Of a DNA stretch of 64,000 bases, positions 29,587 through 39,926 are shown in pieces (position 1 is the first letter of the stretch; each line of letters starts with the position of its first letter). This stretch comes from an uncultured Holophagales bacterium (GTDB lineage: Bacteria; Acidobacteriota; Thermoanaerobaculia; Multivoradales; UBA5704). The DNA lies in contig CAWJGT010000001.1 of assembly GCA_963842525.1 (NCBI GenBank), positions 544,001 through 608,000 on the forward strand. The letters run 5' to 3'. Both the position numbers and the translations under genes were made by a program. The notes beneath the pieces are model-generated. The model had not been told where the DNA came from. It saw only the letters and a list, made by a program, of their open reading frames with translations, and ran no database searches.

Positions 29587-31068
29587 TCAGGACCTCCTAC
29601 AGAGGAGATAGGCGTCCGCCTGGGCGGGGGTGCCGTTGGTTGGGTGGTCGAGGGAGACCAGCTCGATTCGCTGGCCGGGGTGCAGGGCTGTGACCTCGTG
29701 GATGCGGCCCTGCTGGAGGAGGTCGGCGGCGTCGTAGGGCCAGGCGGGGCGGTGGTCGTCGATAGCGTTCGAGGTGTAGAGGGTGGCGCCGTTCAGGAGG
29801 AGGTCGACCTGGGTCTGGCCGGAGTCCCCTCCCCCATTGTCGGAGAGGCGGTAGAGGACGTCTTCGAGGATGAGGCCGTCGTGGAGGATCACGGCGTCAG
29901 CGATCGGGCCGGGGGTGGGTGGGAGGGGGCCTCGGAGGTGGAGGACGACGGTTTCCGCGGCGTAGGTGCGGCGGTCTTGAAGGTCGATGACCTCGTCGGC
30001 GTCGGTGGTGGCGATCCAGAGGGGGCCGAGGCTGGTGGTCTCGGGGGGTGGGGCGGTGGGGGCGGCGAGCTCCCAGGCGCCGTTCGCACGTTGGTAAAGG
30101 CACGTGGTGGTGGTGGGCGGGAGGAGGAGGTCGGTCACAGTCGAGTGATAGCGGAGGGTGCCCCCGGCTATGGCTCGGCCGGGGTGGAGGCGGAGATGGA
30201 GGCCGGTGCCGGGCTCGACTCGGTAGCGGTCGAAGAGGCGGAGGTCGGTGAGGTGGGTGGAGTCGATCTCGGAGACGGCCGAGGGCTGGTAAAGGACTTC
30301 AAGGACGGCAAGGACCGGCTCCCAGGAGGGCGCCGAAGGACGGACAGGGACGGGAGCTTGCAGGCTCTTGGTGATGGTGAGGCCGTTGGGGCCGATGGAG
30401 AGAACGGCGAGATAGGAGGTGCCGGGGGCCAGGGGGGTGGCGGTGGCGTCTTCTTGGGAGAGGGCGAGGGTGGTGGCGACGTGGCCGATGAGGTCACCTC
30501 GGTAGAGGAGGTGGCCGGCGGCGATGTGGACCTGGTCGTCGGACGGGACGGAGGGGGTGACCTGGAAGCCCTTCAGGAGGGTGCTGTGGCCTCGATCTCC
30601 CAGGCCGGTGAGGATGCCTTCTCGGGTGCCGGGCGGGACAGGTAGGGAGTGATCGGCGGCCAGGACGGCGAGACGGAATTGCCAGGTCAGCGAGGCGGCC
30701 GTGGCGGGCGGGCGGAGCTTGAAGTCTCCGTAGCGGATGCCTCCGGAGAGAAGGGTCCGGATGGGCAAGGAGCGCCAGGCTCCTACGGGAATCCAATCGG
30801 TGATCTCGAGGAACTGGCCAGGGGCGTTGCTTGCGTCCTGGCCGGCTAGGCGGAGGCGGCCCCAGAGCTCGTCGGTGGGGGGCACTCCTGAAGAGGCCCA
30901 CTGGCCGGTGGTGGGGCCGAGGACTTGAAGGACGACAAGGACATCAAAGACATCAGGACCGGTGTTCTGGAGGGCGAAGGGGATGATGGCGCTGTCCTGG
31001 CCGGCTTCGAAGGGGTCGATGGTGACATCGTGCATGGGGGTGAGGTCGGGATTGAGGATCTGGATCAT
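29587..31068 (-). CDS. Putative tail/baseplate structural protein
   Basis: Beta-rich; position in the co-directional late operon. Confidence 0.55.
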   Translation of the reverse strand: MIQILNPDLTPMHDVTIDPFEAGQDSAIIPFALQNTGPDVFDVLVVLQVLGPTTGQWASSGVPPTDELWGRLRLAGQDASNAPGQFLEITDWIPVGAWRSLPIRTLLSGGIRYGDFKLRPPATAASLTWQFRLAVLAADHSLPVPPGTREGILTGLGDRGHSTLLKGFQVTPSVPSDDQVHIAAGHLLYRGDLIGHVATTLALSQEDATATPLAPGTSYLAVLSIGPNGLTITKSLQAPVPVRPSAPSWEPVLAVLEVLYQPSAVSEIDSTHLTDLRLFDRYRVEPGTGLHLRLHPGRAIAGGTLRYHSTVTDLLLPPTTTTCLYQRANGAWELAAPTAPPPETTSLGPLWIATTDADEVIDLQDRRTYAAETVVLHLRGPLPPTPGPIADAVILHDGLILEDVLYRLSDNGGGDSGQTQVDLLLNGATLYTSNAIDDHRPAWPYDAADLLQQGRIHEVTALHPGQRIELVSLDHPTNGTPAQADAYLLCRRS

Positions 31069-31074
31069 CTCGGG

Positions 31075-32073
31075 CTACTCCAGGAAGAAAAGGAGATTGG
31101 GAAAAGCGTCGTGGATGGGGTGGCGCGCCACGGAGACGCGGGCGGTGGGCTCGCCGGCGGTGGCGGTGCTGGGGGCCTCGATGATGACGGGGAGGTCTCC
31201 TTCGGGCGGAGTGCCATAGAGGAGGGCGGTGATGCCGTCCGTGGAGACGGCGGCGTTGATGGCTTGGCCGAAGCCTTGGGCCAGGGCCCAGGCGCCGGTG
31301 GTGGGCCAGCGCGGGTCTGTGTCGGCTCCGAGAGTCGGGGGTAGAGATCGCAGGGTGTTGGACGGGACGGCCAGGCCGAGGGAGGTGCCGTCCGCGGCGG
31401 CGAAGCCTTGGACGAGACCGAGACCGGCTCCGTCCTGGGACTCGGCTCCGGTGAGATCGAAGGCGAAACGGGCTCCGGCGGCGTCGGTGACTTCGAAGTT
31501 GAGGTTGTCGTACCAGGTGGTCGCGAAGTGGAGGCTTGTCGGGGTCGCGGCGACGGTGGCCGCGGAGAAGAGGTCCCAGCTTGCGACGAGGGCCGAAAAG
31601 ACGACGGTGGCGACGGTCTGCGGGTTGGACAGGTCGCAGGCGGCGGTGCGAAGGGTGAGGGTGGCCTGATTGGTGTTGGGCTCGTCTTCGTGGTCGGGAA
31701 ACTCGACCCACCAGAGCTGGCCCTGATGGTAGACGGGGGGCGAGCACCAGGCGGCGACGGTGCCCTGGTAGGTGTGGAGCTGGGCGGCGGCTACATCCCA
31801 GACGGTCAGCTCGTTGTCGCCGCTGCGCCAAGCGAGGGAGCCGGGGCCGACGGCGGCGTTGGGATCGATGGCGATGAGGGTGCCGTTTCCGCCGGATAGG
31901 GACTCTCCGGAGAGTGGGATAGAGCCTCGGTCAGCTAGAAAGGTGCCGTCGCTAGCATAGAGGGCGGCGACCAGGTGGCCGGTGTCGAGGAAGGCGTAGT
32001 AGCGGGGCACGGCGGACGAGACGGAGACGGCGTAGGCGTCGGCTTTGCGGTGGCGGAGGCGGGTGAGGGGCAT
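31075..32073 (-). CDS. Putative tail-associated protein
   Basis: Late-operon position; beta-rich. Confidence 0.5.
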   Translation of the reverse strand: MPLTRLRHRKADAYAVSVSSAVPRYYAFLDTGHLVAALYASDGTFLADRGSIPLSGESLSGGNGTLIAIDPNAAVGPGSLAWRSGDNELTVWDVAAAQLHTYQGTVAAWCSPPVYHQGQLWWVEFPDHEDEPNTNQATLTLRTAACDLSNPQTVATVVFSALVASWDLFSAATVAATPTSLHFATTWYDNLNFEVTDAAGARFAFDLTGAESQDGAGLGLVQGFAAADGTSLGLAVPSNTLRSLPPTLGADTDPRWPTTGAWALAQGFGQAINAAVSTDGITALLYGTPPEGDLPVIIEAPSTATAGEPTARVSVARHPIHDAFPNLLFFLE

Positions 32074-32079
32074 GGGAGG

Positions 32080-32607
32080 TCAGGTCCTTCCGTAGGCGAT
32101 GGGGGCGCTGGTGATCGGGCGGGCGGTGGCGGCTACGGCGAGATCCAGGAGAAGAAGCTCGGGGGAGACGAACTGGAGGGCGAGGACCTCGAGGTCGGGA
32201 TTCAGGGTGCCTTCAGAAACAGATGGGTCGGGGTCGAGGAAGTCGATTCGGATCCGGTCGTCGAAGCCTCGGCCTTGGACGGTGACTTGGACCGTCTGGC
32301 CGGGGTAGTACTCGGATGGATCGAGTTTCTCGATCCAGAGGGTTCCGGCGGGGATGGTTTCGGAGGTGCCGATGCCGGTGATTCCGGAGCGGTGGAAGGG
32401 GGCGAGACTGGGATTGAGGAGGACGGTTCCGGTGTAGTGGTTGTTGGGGGTGCCTCTCGTAACGCAGCGGGCGTCGGTGCGCTGGAGGCGCTCGGTGCCG
32501 TCTTGGTGGCGGCCTAGGACTCTCGCGGTGCGGGCGGGGGCTTGCTCTCTTTCACGGCGATCGAGCAGGTTTCCCAGGAGAGTGAGGATCTTTTCGGCAC
32601 CGGTCAT
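32080..32607 (-). CDS. Putative tail protein with Ig/IPT-like C-terminus
   Basis: AGGAGG RBS; IEKLDPSE..PGQTVQVTVQGRGF. Confidence 0.5.
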   Translation of the reverse strand: MTGAEKILTLLGNLLDRREREQAPARTARVLGRHQDGTERLQRTDARCVTRGTPNNHYTGTVLLNPSLAPFHRSGITGIGTSETIPAGTLWIEKLDPSEYYPGQTVQVTVQGRGFDDRIRIDFLDPDPSVSEGTLNPDLEVLALQFVSPELLLLDLAVAATARPITSAPIAYGRT

Positions 32608-32764
32608 GGGGCGGCCTCCTGAGCCCTCTCCCCCTGCCCCCCTCTCCCGTGCGGCCACCGGCCCGCCTCCCCGAACGGGAGAGGGGGAAGGTGCGGAACC
32701 TCACCCCCTGGCCCCCTCTCCCATCGCACTCCCTTCCCCCGGGAGAGGGGGGACGCGGTCCGTG

Positions 32765-34990
32765 TCATAGAGGCTGCTCCAGGGTGTAGGTGGCTAGGAT
32801 CTGGGGACGCGGAGAAAAAACCCAACGCTCGGTGCGGCGGGTGACTAGACAACGGTGGTGGATGCCGCTGCGGGGATCTATCAGGAGGATGGTGTCTCCG
32901 GGTCTGGTGGCGCAGATGGGGCGGATGACGGTGTGGATGAAGGCCATTCTTCTCGCTCGCCGGCGGCTTGCTATAAAGGCGGCTTCTTCGGGGGATTGGG
33001 CGTAATCGAGGGTCAGGACTTCGACAGAGGGTCCCCACCAGGTGGCGGCGACGGGGTCTTCGAGGATGATCTCGAAGGGGGTTTGGGTGAGGCGGGTCCA
33101 ACTGGATTGGCGGTAGCGGGGGCGGGGGGCTCGGCCCATGACGAGGCGGCTCACGGCTCCGGTGCCGTCGTCGACCAGCTCTTCGTAGGTGGAGTCGTCC
33201 AGGACGTTGTAGGCGGTCGTCTTGAGGCTGGTGGTGGCCCAGGTCTCGTGGGTGAGATTGGAGCTGGAGTCTCCCCAATCGTGGGCTCCGGCGACGCGGC
33301 GGGGGGCGTGCCAGCCGGTGGTGGTCTCGACTTTGCCGGTCAGGAGGCCGTCGGCGGAGAGGTGGTTAGAAGTCGTCTTGCGGATGACTCTTTGGAAGGG
33401 GGCGAGGAGGTCTTTCTGGCCGGCTCCTGAATAGTTGAGGAACCAGGGGACTTCGGAAACGGCGGTGCGCTGGGAGTACCAGGCGGAGGTCTCCTGGACC
33501 TCTTTCGTCACGGCTCCGGTGTCACCGTATTCGTGGTGGATCTCGTCAACCTGGGCGAGGCCGAAGTCTTCGATGCGGAGGAGGGCGGTCAGGGCGGTTT
33601 CGAAGGGATACCAGCTCAGCGCGTCGTCGCCGATTCCGGCTCCTACGACGTTGGGTGTGGATGAGCCGGCGTTCCGGACGGCCATGGGGCGGCTGTACCA
33701 GCGGAAGGTCTCGATGCGGCGGGCGGTCTCGGTGCCTTCGGCATCGTAGGTGGGCAGCTCCCGGCGTTCGCCAGTCTTCACGAAGGATTCCTGGCGCCAG
33801 GCTCGGCAAGAGCCTTCCTCGTCGAGGAAAGCCTGGGCCCAGTAATAGCCGTCTTCGACGGGGCCGGGGGGCTCGCCGGCGAAGGGGGTGCGGAGCTTGG
33901 CGGCTCTCGGGTTGTACCAGCCCCATTGCCTTGTGATCTTGGCGATGGTCAGGCCGGCCTGGTCGTGGGTCTCGGTCTCCAAGACGGAAACGAGCTGGAA
34001 GGTCTCGGCGCTGGCGGCGGCGATGGGTTGGAGAGAGCCGTCGGTGAGCTGCATGGCGACGGCTTTCTTGACGGCGTAGAAGTCGAAGACCTCGTCTCGC
34101 TGCTTGGTGATCGTGATGCCGGTCGGGGCTTGCGTGGTCTGGGTCGAACGGATCACCCACTGGCTCGGGACATCGGTGGGGGCGGCGGACTCGATCGAGA
34201 GGACGTCTCGGAGGGTCCAGACGTCGTCGGGGGGCTCGGGGGGCTGGCGCAGCTCGACCCGGTAGGCTTGGACGAGCTGGTCGTCGGCGAGGCGCCAGGA
34301 CCAGCCCTCGGCTTCGCAGAAGGCGGCCAGAAAGGGCCAGAGCTTCTGGCTATCGGTGAGGAGGGGCTTGGTGTAGAGGGCTCCGGCGGGGACGTCTGCG
34401 GTGAAGCCGGCGTCGGTGAGGATCTCGCGGCAGATGTCTCCTCGGGTGAGGCCCTCGTCGGCGGCGAATTCGTAGCAGAGCTCGTGGCGATCGTAGAGGC
34501 GGGACGGGTCGCCGCATCTGACGCGAAGGGTGGGCTCGAGGCCTTCTTGCTGCTCGCAGGAGAGGACGTAGCCGAAGGCTCGGCGCCAAGTGCGGAGGGT
34601 GCCGATCGGGCCGGCGGTGACCCAGATTTCGACGGGGGTGGAGGTCCAGGTGGTCTCGGTGGATTGGATGGACCAGCGGCGGCCGACGAGGGTGAAGGAA
34701 AAGAGGACGGCGGGGGTGTCGATGGAGTCGTCGATTTCGAGGGGGCCTAGAACGGCGGAGGCTGGGAGCCAGGTGTGGCCTAGCTTGATTTGGAAGTTGT
34801 AGGCGATGGAGGAAGAAGAAAGATTTTCGATCAGGGAGCGGGAGACAACGCCCAACAGGGTCGCAGAGTTGGGGCTGGCGAGGTGGCCGCGGAGACCCTC
34901 ACCCCCGGCCCCTCTCCCATCCGCACTCCCTTCCCCCGGGAGAGGGGAGACAAGCTTGAAACTCGCGGAGGTGGCTACGATCGGCATCAC
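32765..34990 (-). CDS. Putative tail hub/baseplate protein
   Basis: 741 aa in the tail region; C-terminal TRPGDTILL. Confidence 0.55.
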   Translation of the reverse strand: MMPIVATSASFKLVSPLPGEGSADGRGAGGEGLRGHLASPNSATLLGVVSRSLIENLSSSSIAYNFQIKLGHTWLPASAVLGPLEIDDSIDTPAVLFSFTLVGRRWSIQSTETTWTSTPVEIWVTAGPIGTLRTWRRAFGYVLSCEQQEGLEPTLRVRCGDPSRLYDRHELCYEFAADEGLTRGDICREILTDAGFTADVPAGALYTKPLLTDSQKLWPFLAAFCEAEGWSWRLADDQLVQAYRVELRQPPEPPDDVWTLRDVLSIESAAPTDVPSQWVIRSTQTTQAPTGITITKQRDEVFDFYAVKKAVAMQLTDGSLQPIAAASAETFQLVSVLETETHDQAGLTIAKITRQWGWYNPRAAKLRTPFAGEPPGPVEDGYYWAQAFLDEEGSCRAWRQESFVKTGERRELPTYDAEGTETARRIETFRWYSRPMAVRNAGSSTPNVVGAGIGDDALSWYPFETALTALLRIEDFGLAQVDEIHHEYGDTGAVTKEVQETSAWYSQRTAVSEVPWFLNYSGAGQKDLLAPFQRVIRKTTSNHLSADGLLTGKVETTTGWHAPRRVAGAHDWGDSSSNLTHETWATTSLKTTAYNVLDDSTYEELVDDGTGAVSRLVMGRAPRPRYRQSSWTRLTQTPFEIILEDPVAATWWGPSVEVLTLDYAQSPEEAAFIASRRRARRMAFIHTVIRPICATRPGDTILLIDPRSGIHHRCLVTRRTERWVFSPRPQILATYTLEQPL

Positions 34991-35655
34991 TGCTCCGTCT
35001 CGACGAGGGCTATTCGTCTCGGCTCTCGGATCCAGTCTCGGTAGTGACGGGACTGGTCTTCGGCGGCGGTGACCATGGCGAAGAGGGGGACGAGTTGGAC
35101 GATCAGTCGGGTGCCTGATGGCGGGGGCTCAGAAAGCTTGAAGCGGCGGCCACCTTGCTCAAACCAGCAGTCGCCGGCGGATGGGGTGTCGGTGGCGTAG
35201 GTGGCGGGGTCGGGCTCTTGGATGGACAAGGCGGTGCTTCCCCAGCCTGGGCGGATGGTGGGATGGAAGCGCTCGGGTGGGGCTCCGGCGGGCGGGGTCA
35301 GGAGATGGTGGGACTGGCGCCAGGGGAGGTCCCATTCGGCGCGGTGGCCGTCGGCCAGGTAGCCGAGGGTGACGTGCTTCCAGAGGGTCAGGTCGTGCGG
35401 GCCGGGGAAGGCTAGACGTGCTTCGACTTCTTCGGCTAGCGGGCCTAGATGGCGGTAGTCGAGGGTGACTCCGTACCAGCGGCGGATGACAGGGGCGCCG
35501 GGAAGCGGGGCCAGGCGCTGCTCTCTTGTGCTGCCGTTCGCCATGCGGATGGTGCCGACGAGCTCGGTCTCTACGACTTCCCAGGAGTCGGCGGCGGCTC
35601 CGAGCAGGTGGAGGCCGTCGAGAGTCGGGGCGGTGGCGGCTCCGGTGGTGCTCAT
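34987..35655 (-). CDS. Putative distal tail protein
   Basis: Translationally coupled; IRMANGS motif. Confidence 0.45.
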   Translation of the reverse strand: MSTTGAATAPTLDGLHLLGAAADSWEVVETELVGTIRMANGSTREQRLAPLPGAPVIRRWYGVTLDYRHLGPLAEEVEARLAFPGPHDLTLWKHVTLGYLADGHRAEWDLPWRQSHHLLTPPAGAPPERFHPTIRPGWGSTALSIQEPDPATYATDTPSAGDCWFEQGGRRFKLSEPPPSGTRLIVQLVPLFAMVTAAEDQSRHYRDWIREPRRIALVETEQ

Positions 35656-36344
35656 CAGCCGCCTTTCTTCAGGGCGTCATAGAGAGCCTGGGCGAGGTCG
35701 GAGAACTCGCTTTCGGGGAAGGCTCTCTTGATGTCTCTTACGATCTCTTCGACTCTCTTCAGGGTGACGGAACCCTTGCGGAAGAGGTCGATGATGTCGG
35801 CGAGCTGCTTGGCGAAGAGGAGCTGGGTTTTGCCGAGATAGTCCTGGACTCTTGCGATCTCGACGGAGCCGTCCTGCAGGCCCTGGATGAACTCTCGGAC
35901 CTGGTCTCGGTAGAAATTGAAGTCGAGACCTCTCAGATATTCCCTGAGACGCTCGCCTCCGATCTGGGCATCGCCGTAAAGGGTGATGAGCTGTTGGATG
36001 GGAACGGCTCCGATCTTCACGGCGTCGATCAGCTCGCTCACGGCTTTGTTCCAGAGGTTCGTGTGGTTGGAGACGGCTTGCTGGAGGTCGTCGAGGCGGG
36101 TGGTGATCTGCGATTGCGCGGTCGCAGCTTGCTGGTGGAGGTCGGCTAGGGTGGTGGTGACAACCGCAGCAGTAGAGGTGGATTGGGCGGAGACAGAGGA
36201 CATCAAGGACTGCAAGGACTGCAAGGACGGAACGGCAGAAGACGTGGAGGTGGTGGCGAGACGCTGGGTGGCGTCTTGAGCCTGGTTGGCGCCCTCGGTG
36301 ATGCGATCGAGGAGGGCGGCGAGGTCCTGGAGCTGGGTGATCAT
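35655..36344 (-). CDS. Helical protein at the tape-measure position (short or partial)
   Basis: Ala/Gln/Thr-rich helical sequence downstream of the tail tube. Confidence 0.4.
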   Translation of the reverse strand: MITQLQDLAALLDRITEGANQAQDATQRLATTSTSSAVPSLQSLQSLMSSVSAQSTSTAAVVTTTLADLHQQAATAQSQITTRLDDLQQAVSNHTNLWNKAVSELIDAVKIGAVPIQQLITLYGDAQIGGERLREYLRGLDFNFYRDQVREFIQGLQDGSVEIARVQDYLGKTQLLFAKQLADIIDLFRKGSVTLKRVEEIVRDIKRAFPESEFSDLAQALYDALKKGG

Positions 36345-36568
36345 GGCTGGGTGGTGGTGAGCTGGGAAACGGCGGTGGCCGCTTCGTGGGCTTTGGCGAT
36401 CACCTGATCGAGCTGGGCGAGGAGGGGGGCGAAGGCTGTGCCTCCAGAGCTCTGGATGGACTGCAAGGCCGCGGCGAGCTCGCCGATGGCGGTGGCGGCG
36501 TCTCGGAAGATCTGCGGCTCGCCTTCCTGCTCGATGGTTAGGCGGGCTTTGACTTCGGCGTCAGGCAT
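36341..36568 (-). CDS. 75-aa protein resembling a tape-measure N-terminus
   Basis: MPDAEVKARLTIEQEG; overlaps both neighbours. Confidence 0.4.
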   Translation of the reverse strand: MPDAEVKARLTIEQEGEPQIFRDAATAIGELAAALQSIQSSGGTAFAPLLAQLDQVIAKAHEAATAVSQLTTTQP

Positions 36569-37910
36569 GGGGTGTCCAATCTCTGGAAGTGATGACCTCG
36601 ACGGTCAGGGGCGGGGCTATAGCGTCGTTGGTTTCGCCGATGAGGGTGATTTCCTCGGCGATGGCTCGGGTGTCTTTGGCGACTCGCTTCGCGGCGTCGA
36701 TCCTGGCGGAGGTGAATGTAAACGTGATTGATTCTCGATGGGTAGCGTCGAGCTGGCGGCCGGTGAAGGCGAGCTGAGTTTCTAGGCGGGCGGCGGCCTC
36801 GGCTTGGTCAGCGAAGAAGGGATCGACGAGGGCTCTCTCGATCTTCAGGGAGGGTGCGAAGAGACCGTCTCGCAGGAGGGCGTAGGGGTAGCGGCTGCCG
36901 TTGCCTCGTTCTTCGGAGAGGGGCCAGGAGAGATCGAGGTTGCCTTTGCGGCACCTCATGGTGGTCCAGGGGTCGGCGCCGGGGGCCGTGCGGAGGGCGA
37001 CGGTCCAGTGGGCGCTGGTGAAGCGTTGGAAGCCGGAGAGGATTGGGAGGTCGGGGTCTGTCCAGTGGCCGGGCGGGGCGAAGGTGAAGACGTCGCCGGA
37101 GGAGAGGGCGGCGTGGTCGGCGGCGGTGCCGGGCCAGATGATTTCGAGGGGATCTCGATTTTCGTCCCAGAAGCCCAGGTCGAGGCCGTCGGCTCCTTGC
37201 AGGTTCTGCCAGATGGCTTCGCCGTTGGGGTCGAGGACGACGTCGACGGGCGGGCCGGGGAAGGTGGGGGCTCCGGCGGTCTGCTCGACTTGGAACTGGA
37301 GACCGCCCTCGACTTGGGCGACCTGGACGTGAACGGGGCCGGCGGATGGGTTGCGCAGGGCTCCTCGGAGATAAGGGCCGAGGGCATAGGTGCCGAGGTT
37401 GGCGGGGGCCGCGGCGGGCGGGCCCATGCGGGTCCCGTGGGCGACGAGGCCTTCGAGCTTGACGGGAATCTCGGTGTTGTCGCCGATGGCGAGGGAGAGC
37501 TTGCCGAACTTGAGGCCGTAGAGCCAGGTGCGCAGGACGGGGCTCTTCGAGAGGAGGGCGTAGAAGGAGGTATCGACTCCGTTGCGAGAGGGATGGAAAA
37601 GGTATTGATAGATGCCGGGAGCCAGGACGGTCTTGGTGGCGAGCCCGAGAAGGTGCTCCAGGAAGTCAAGGATGGTGCCGGTCGTGAGACTGAGGGACCA
37701 GATGGACTTGCCTCCCTTCGGTCCTGGGACGCCTCGCTCCAGATAGCCGCTCTGATTGACGGCGGCTCCTTCTCTCTGGTCGTCGAGCAGATCGGAGTCG
37801 AGCGGCAGGACGGCTTTGTAGGTGGTGAGGCTGCCTCCTGGAACTCCGAAGTTTCTTTCGCGGCCTACGGCCCAGAGGACCGCAGAGCCTGTGGCTCCGA
37901 GCTGGTTCAC
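36561..37910 (-). CDS. Putative major tail (tube) protein
   Basis: AVGRERNFGVP start; follows head-tail joining genes. Confidence 0.55.
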   Translation of the reverse strand: MNQLGATGSAVLWAVGRERNFGVPGGSLTTYKAVLPLDSDLLDDQREGAAVNQSGYLERGVPGPKGGKSIWSLSLTTGTILDFLEHLLGLATKTVLAPGIYQYLFHPSRNGVDTSFYALLSKSPVLRTWLYGLKFGKLSLAIGDNTEIPVKLEGLVAHGTRMGPPAAAPANLGTYALGPYLRGALRNPSAGPVHVQVAQVEGGLQFQVEQTAGAPTFPGPPVDVVLDPNGEAIWQNLQGADGLDLGFWDENRDPLEIIWPGTAADHAALSSGDVFTFAPPGHWTDPDLPILSGFQRFTSAHWTVALRTAPGADPWTTMRCRKGNLDLSWPLSEERGNGSRYPYALLRDGLFAPSLKIERALVDPFFADQAEAAARLETQLAFTGRQLDATHRESITFTFTSARIDAAKRVAKDTRAIAEEITLIGETNDAIAPPLTVEVITSRDWTPHA

Positions 37911-38437
37911 GGGAGGGCCTCCTGGTCGCGCAGGTCGATGGCGGAGCGGTACTCGATATTGATCACGGTTAGGAGCAGATTGGACGGGAGCGGCGTGGCG
38001 TCGAGCTGCACGCGCTGGATGCGTGTGACTCCTTCGGTGAGAAGAGCGCCGTCCGGATCCTGGAGGACGCCGGCGTTGCGGCGGACGATCCGGCGGAGCT
38101 GGGCGACGATGCGGGAGCGCAGCAGGTCGGCGGTGTCACCCCAACCGGCCGGGGGATTGGTCACCAGGGCGAGTTGGACGACGGTGGTGTAGCTCGCGCC
38201 ATAGCTCGACGTCGTCTCTCGTTCTTCGTCGGCGAGGATCGAGAGGGCAAGGCAGGGGGCAGGCAGGGTCTCGGTGCGGAGGATGGAAGCCATTTCGAGG
38301 ATGGAAATCTGATCGTCTCTCGGGAAGACGGTGCGGAGGGGGGCGTCGGCGAGGAGCTGCTCTCGCAGTACCTGGAGGATGCGAGCGTCGAGAGACCAGG
38401 GGAGGGCTGGGTAGATGGTGGGATCAGGGAGTGGCAT
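37907..38437 (-). CDS. Putative tail terminator/completion protein
   Basis: Position after the gpG-like gene; LPAPCLAL. Confidence 0.45.
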   Translation of the reverse strand: MPLPDPTIYPALPWSLDARILQVLREQLLADAPLRTVFPRDDQISILEMASILRTETLPAPCLALSILADEERETTSSYGASYTTVVQLALVTNPPAGWGDTADLLRSRIVAQLRRIVRRNAGVLQDPDGALLTEGVTRIQRVQLDATPLPSNLLLTVINIEYRSAIDLRDQEALP

Positions 38438-38903
38438 GGAAGTAGTGCTCCTGGATGAGATCAAGAAGGGCCTGGACTTCGGCTGCGGTGACGTAGACGA
38501 AGGGGAAAGCCTGGACGGTGCGCTCGCGGCCGGTCTTGGGGTCGGTGAGGGTGCCGCCGTCCTGGAGGGTCCGGGCGAAGGGGGCTCGGGCGCCCACTTC
38601 GAGGGCTCGGTCTTCGAGCAGGAGGGTGGTGATGCTCTGTAGGAGGTCGCCGGCGCGGATGAGGGCTGGGCCGGCGGGTGGGTGGCCGTAGTAGGCGCGG
38701 ATCTTCTGGGTGACGGGTGCTAGTGGGGGCCAGGGGGATTCCGGGCCGGATTGGTCGTGGATGTGGGAGTGGAAGTAAGCCTGGAGCTTCGCGGCCAGGG
38801 CTTCGAGGAGGGGGCGCGGGGGCTGCTCCAGGCGGGCGGCGGCGGCTTCGAGGAGGGCCTGGGCGGCGGCGACGCCTTCGAGGGTGAGCGTGAGGCGGAG
38901 CAT
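38424..38903 (-). CDS. Phage virion morphogenesis protein (Mu gpG-like)
   Basis: GPESPWPPLAP..LIRAGDLLQSI..VG...ARTLQDGG..FPF. Confidence 0.8.
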   Translation of the reverse strand: MLRLTLTLEGVAAAQALLEAAAARLEQPPRPLLEALAAKLQAYFHSHIHDQSGPESPWPPLAPVTQKIRAYYGHPPAGPALIRAGDLLQSITTLLLEDRALEVGARAPFARTLQDGGTLTDPKTGRERTVQAFPFVYVTAAEVQALLDLIQEHYFHATP

Positions 38904-39072
38904 CAGGCCCCCTCCCCCGGCCCCTCCCCCGTGCGGCCACCGGCCGCCGCCCCGAACGGGAGAGGGGGGAAAAGAAGATCCTCACCCCCGGCCCCTCTCC
39001 CATCTCCCTCCCAGGCCCCCGCCGGGAGAGGGGAGAAAAGCAAGGACGAACACGGACGGACACGGACGGTCA

Positions 39073-39504
39073 TCACCAGTCCTCCAGGTCCTGGAGGCGG
39101 AGGCCTCGGGTGGTGGGGCCGGTGATGGCGATCAGCGGAGACACGTCGTCGGCTGGCGGGGCCTGGGGGAGGTCGAGGCTGGCGGCTCCTCTGGCGACGT
39201 CTCGGAGCCAGGTGAGGGCTTGCTGGGTCTCGGTCTCCAGGGCGGGGCTGGGCTGGCCTCCGGTCACGAGGCGGCGGTGGGCCAGGACGGCGACTTTGGC
39301 TTTCAGGACGGGGGGCGTGGTGGCTGGGGTGGATGGAAGCGTGGAGCGATAGCGGCCGAGGAGGTAAGACGTTGCTTCGGCTTCGGCCTGGTCGATGGCG
39401 GAAAGGAGGGCCGGCTCGCCCCCCTGGCCGGCGAGGCGGAGGATTTCCGCCTCGCCGCGGAGGGCGAGCAACTCGGCCGGGGTGAGGTAGCGGGGCGGCA
39501 TCAC
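39073..39504 (-). CDS. Mu gp36/DUF1320-like head-tail adaptor
   Basis: YLTPAEL..AIDQAEAEATSYLLGRY..ALTWLRDVARGAASL. Confidence 0.85.
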   Translation of the reverse strand: MMPPRYLTPAELLALRGEAEILRLAGQGGEPALLSAIDQAEAEATSYLLGRYRSTLPSTPATTPPVLKAKVAVLAHRRLVTGGQPSPALETETQQALTWLRDVARGAASLDLPQAPPADDVSPLIAITGPTTRGLRLQDLEDW

Positions 39505-39905
39505 CGGCGCTTGCGGGGCGCTTCGGCGGCCGCCATGGCGAGCTCGGGCTCAGGCTCGACCGGCGCGATGGAGGTCGGCTCCTGGACCCGCTCCGCCTTC
39601 AGGTTGGGATCGAGGACGCCAGGATCCACGGGAGTCGCGAAGGACTCCGGCTCCTGGACGCGCTCGGCCTTGAGGTTGATGATGGTGATCTCGACGTCAA
39701 CCGTGCCGGGCGAGACCTCCTGGATCAGGAGATGCTGGTCCTGGGCGATCTCGCGGGGCAGCATGTCGCATTCGAGATAGGTGGGCTGGGCTCCGAGGAC
39801 GAGGGTCATGGAACCGCCGGGATAGGAGACGGTGCGGCGGCGGGTGCCGGAGCCCTCAGGGCCTTTGGCGCTGACTTCACGGTCGGTGCGGATCTTGAAA
39901 ATCAT
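39501..39905 (-). CDS. Hypothetical protein with duplicated NLKAERVQEP
   Basis: AAGGAG RBS; follows the capsid gene. Confidence 0.55.
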   Translation of the reverse strand: MIFKIRTDREVSAKGPEGSGTRRRTVSYPGGSMTLVLGAQPTYLECDMLPREIAQDQHLLIQEVSPGTVDVEITIINLKAERVQEPESFATPVDPGVLDPNLKAERVQEPTSIAPVEPEPELAMAAAEAPRKRR

Positions 39906-39926
39906 GTTTCTTCTCCTTGTAAAAGC

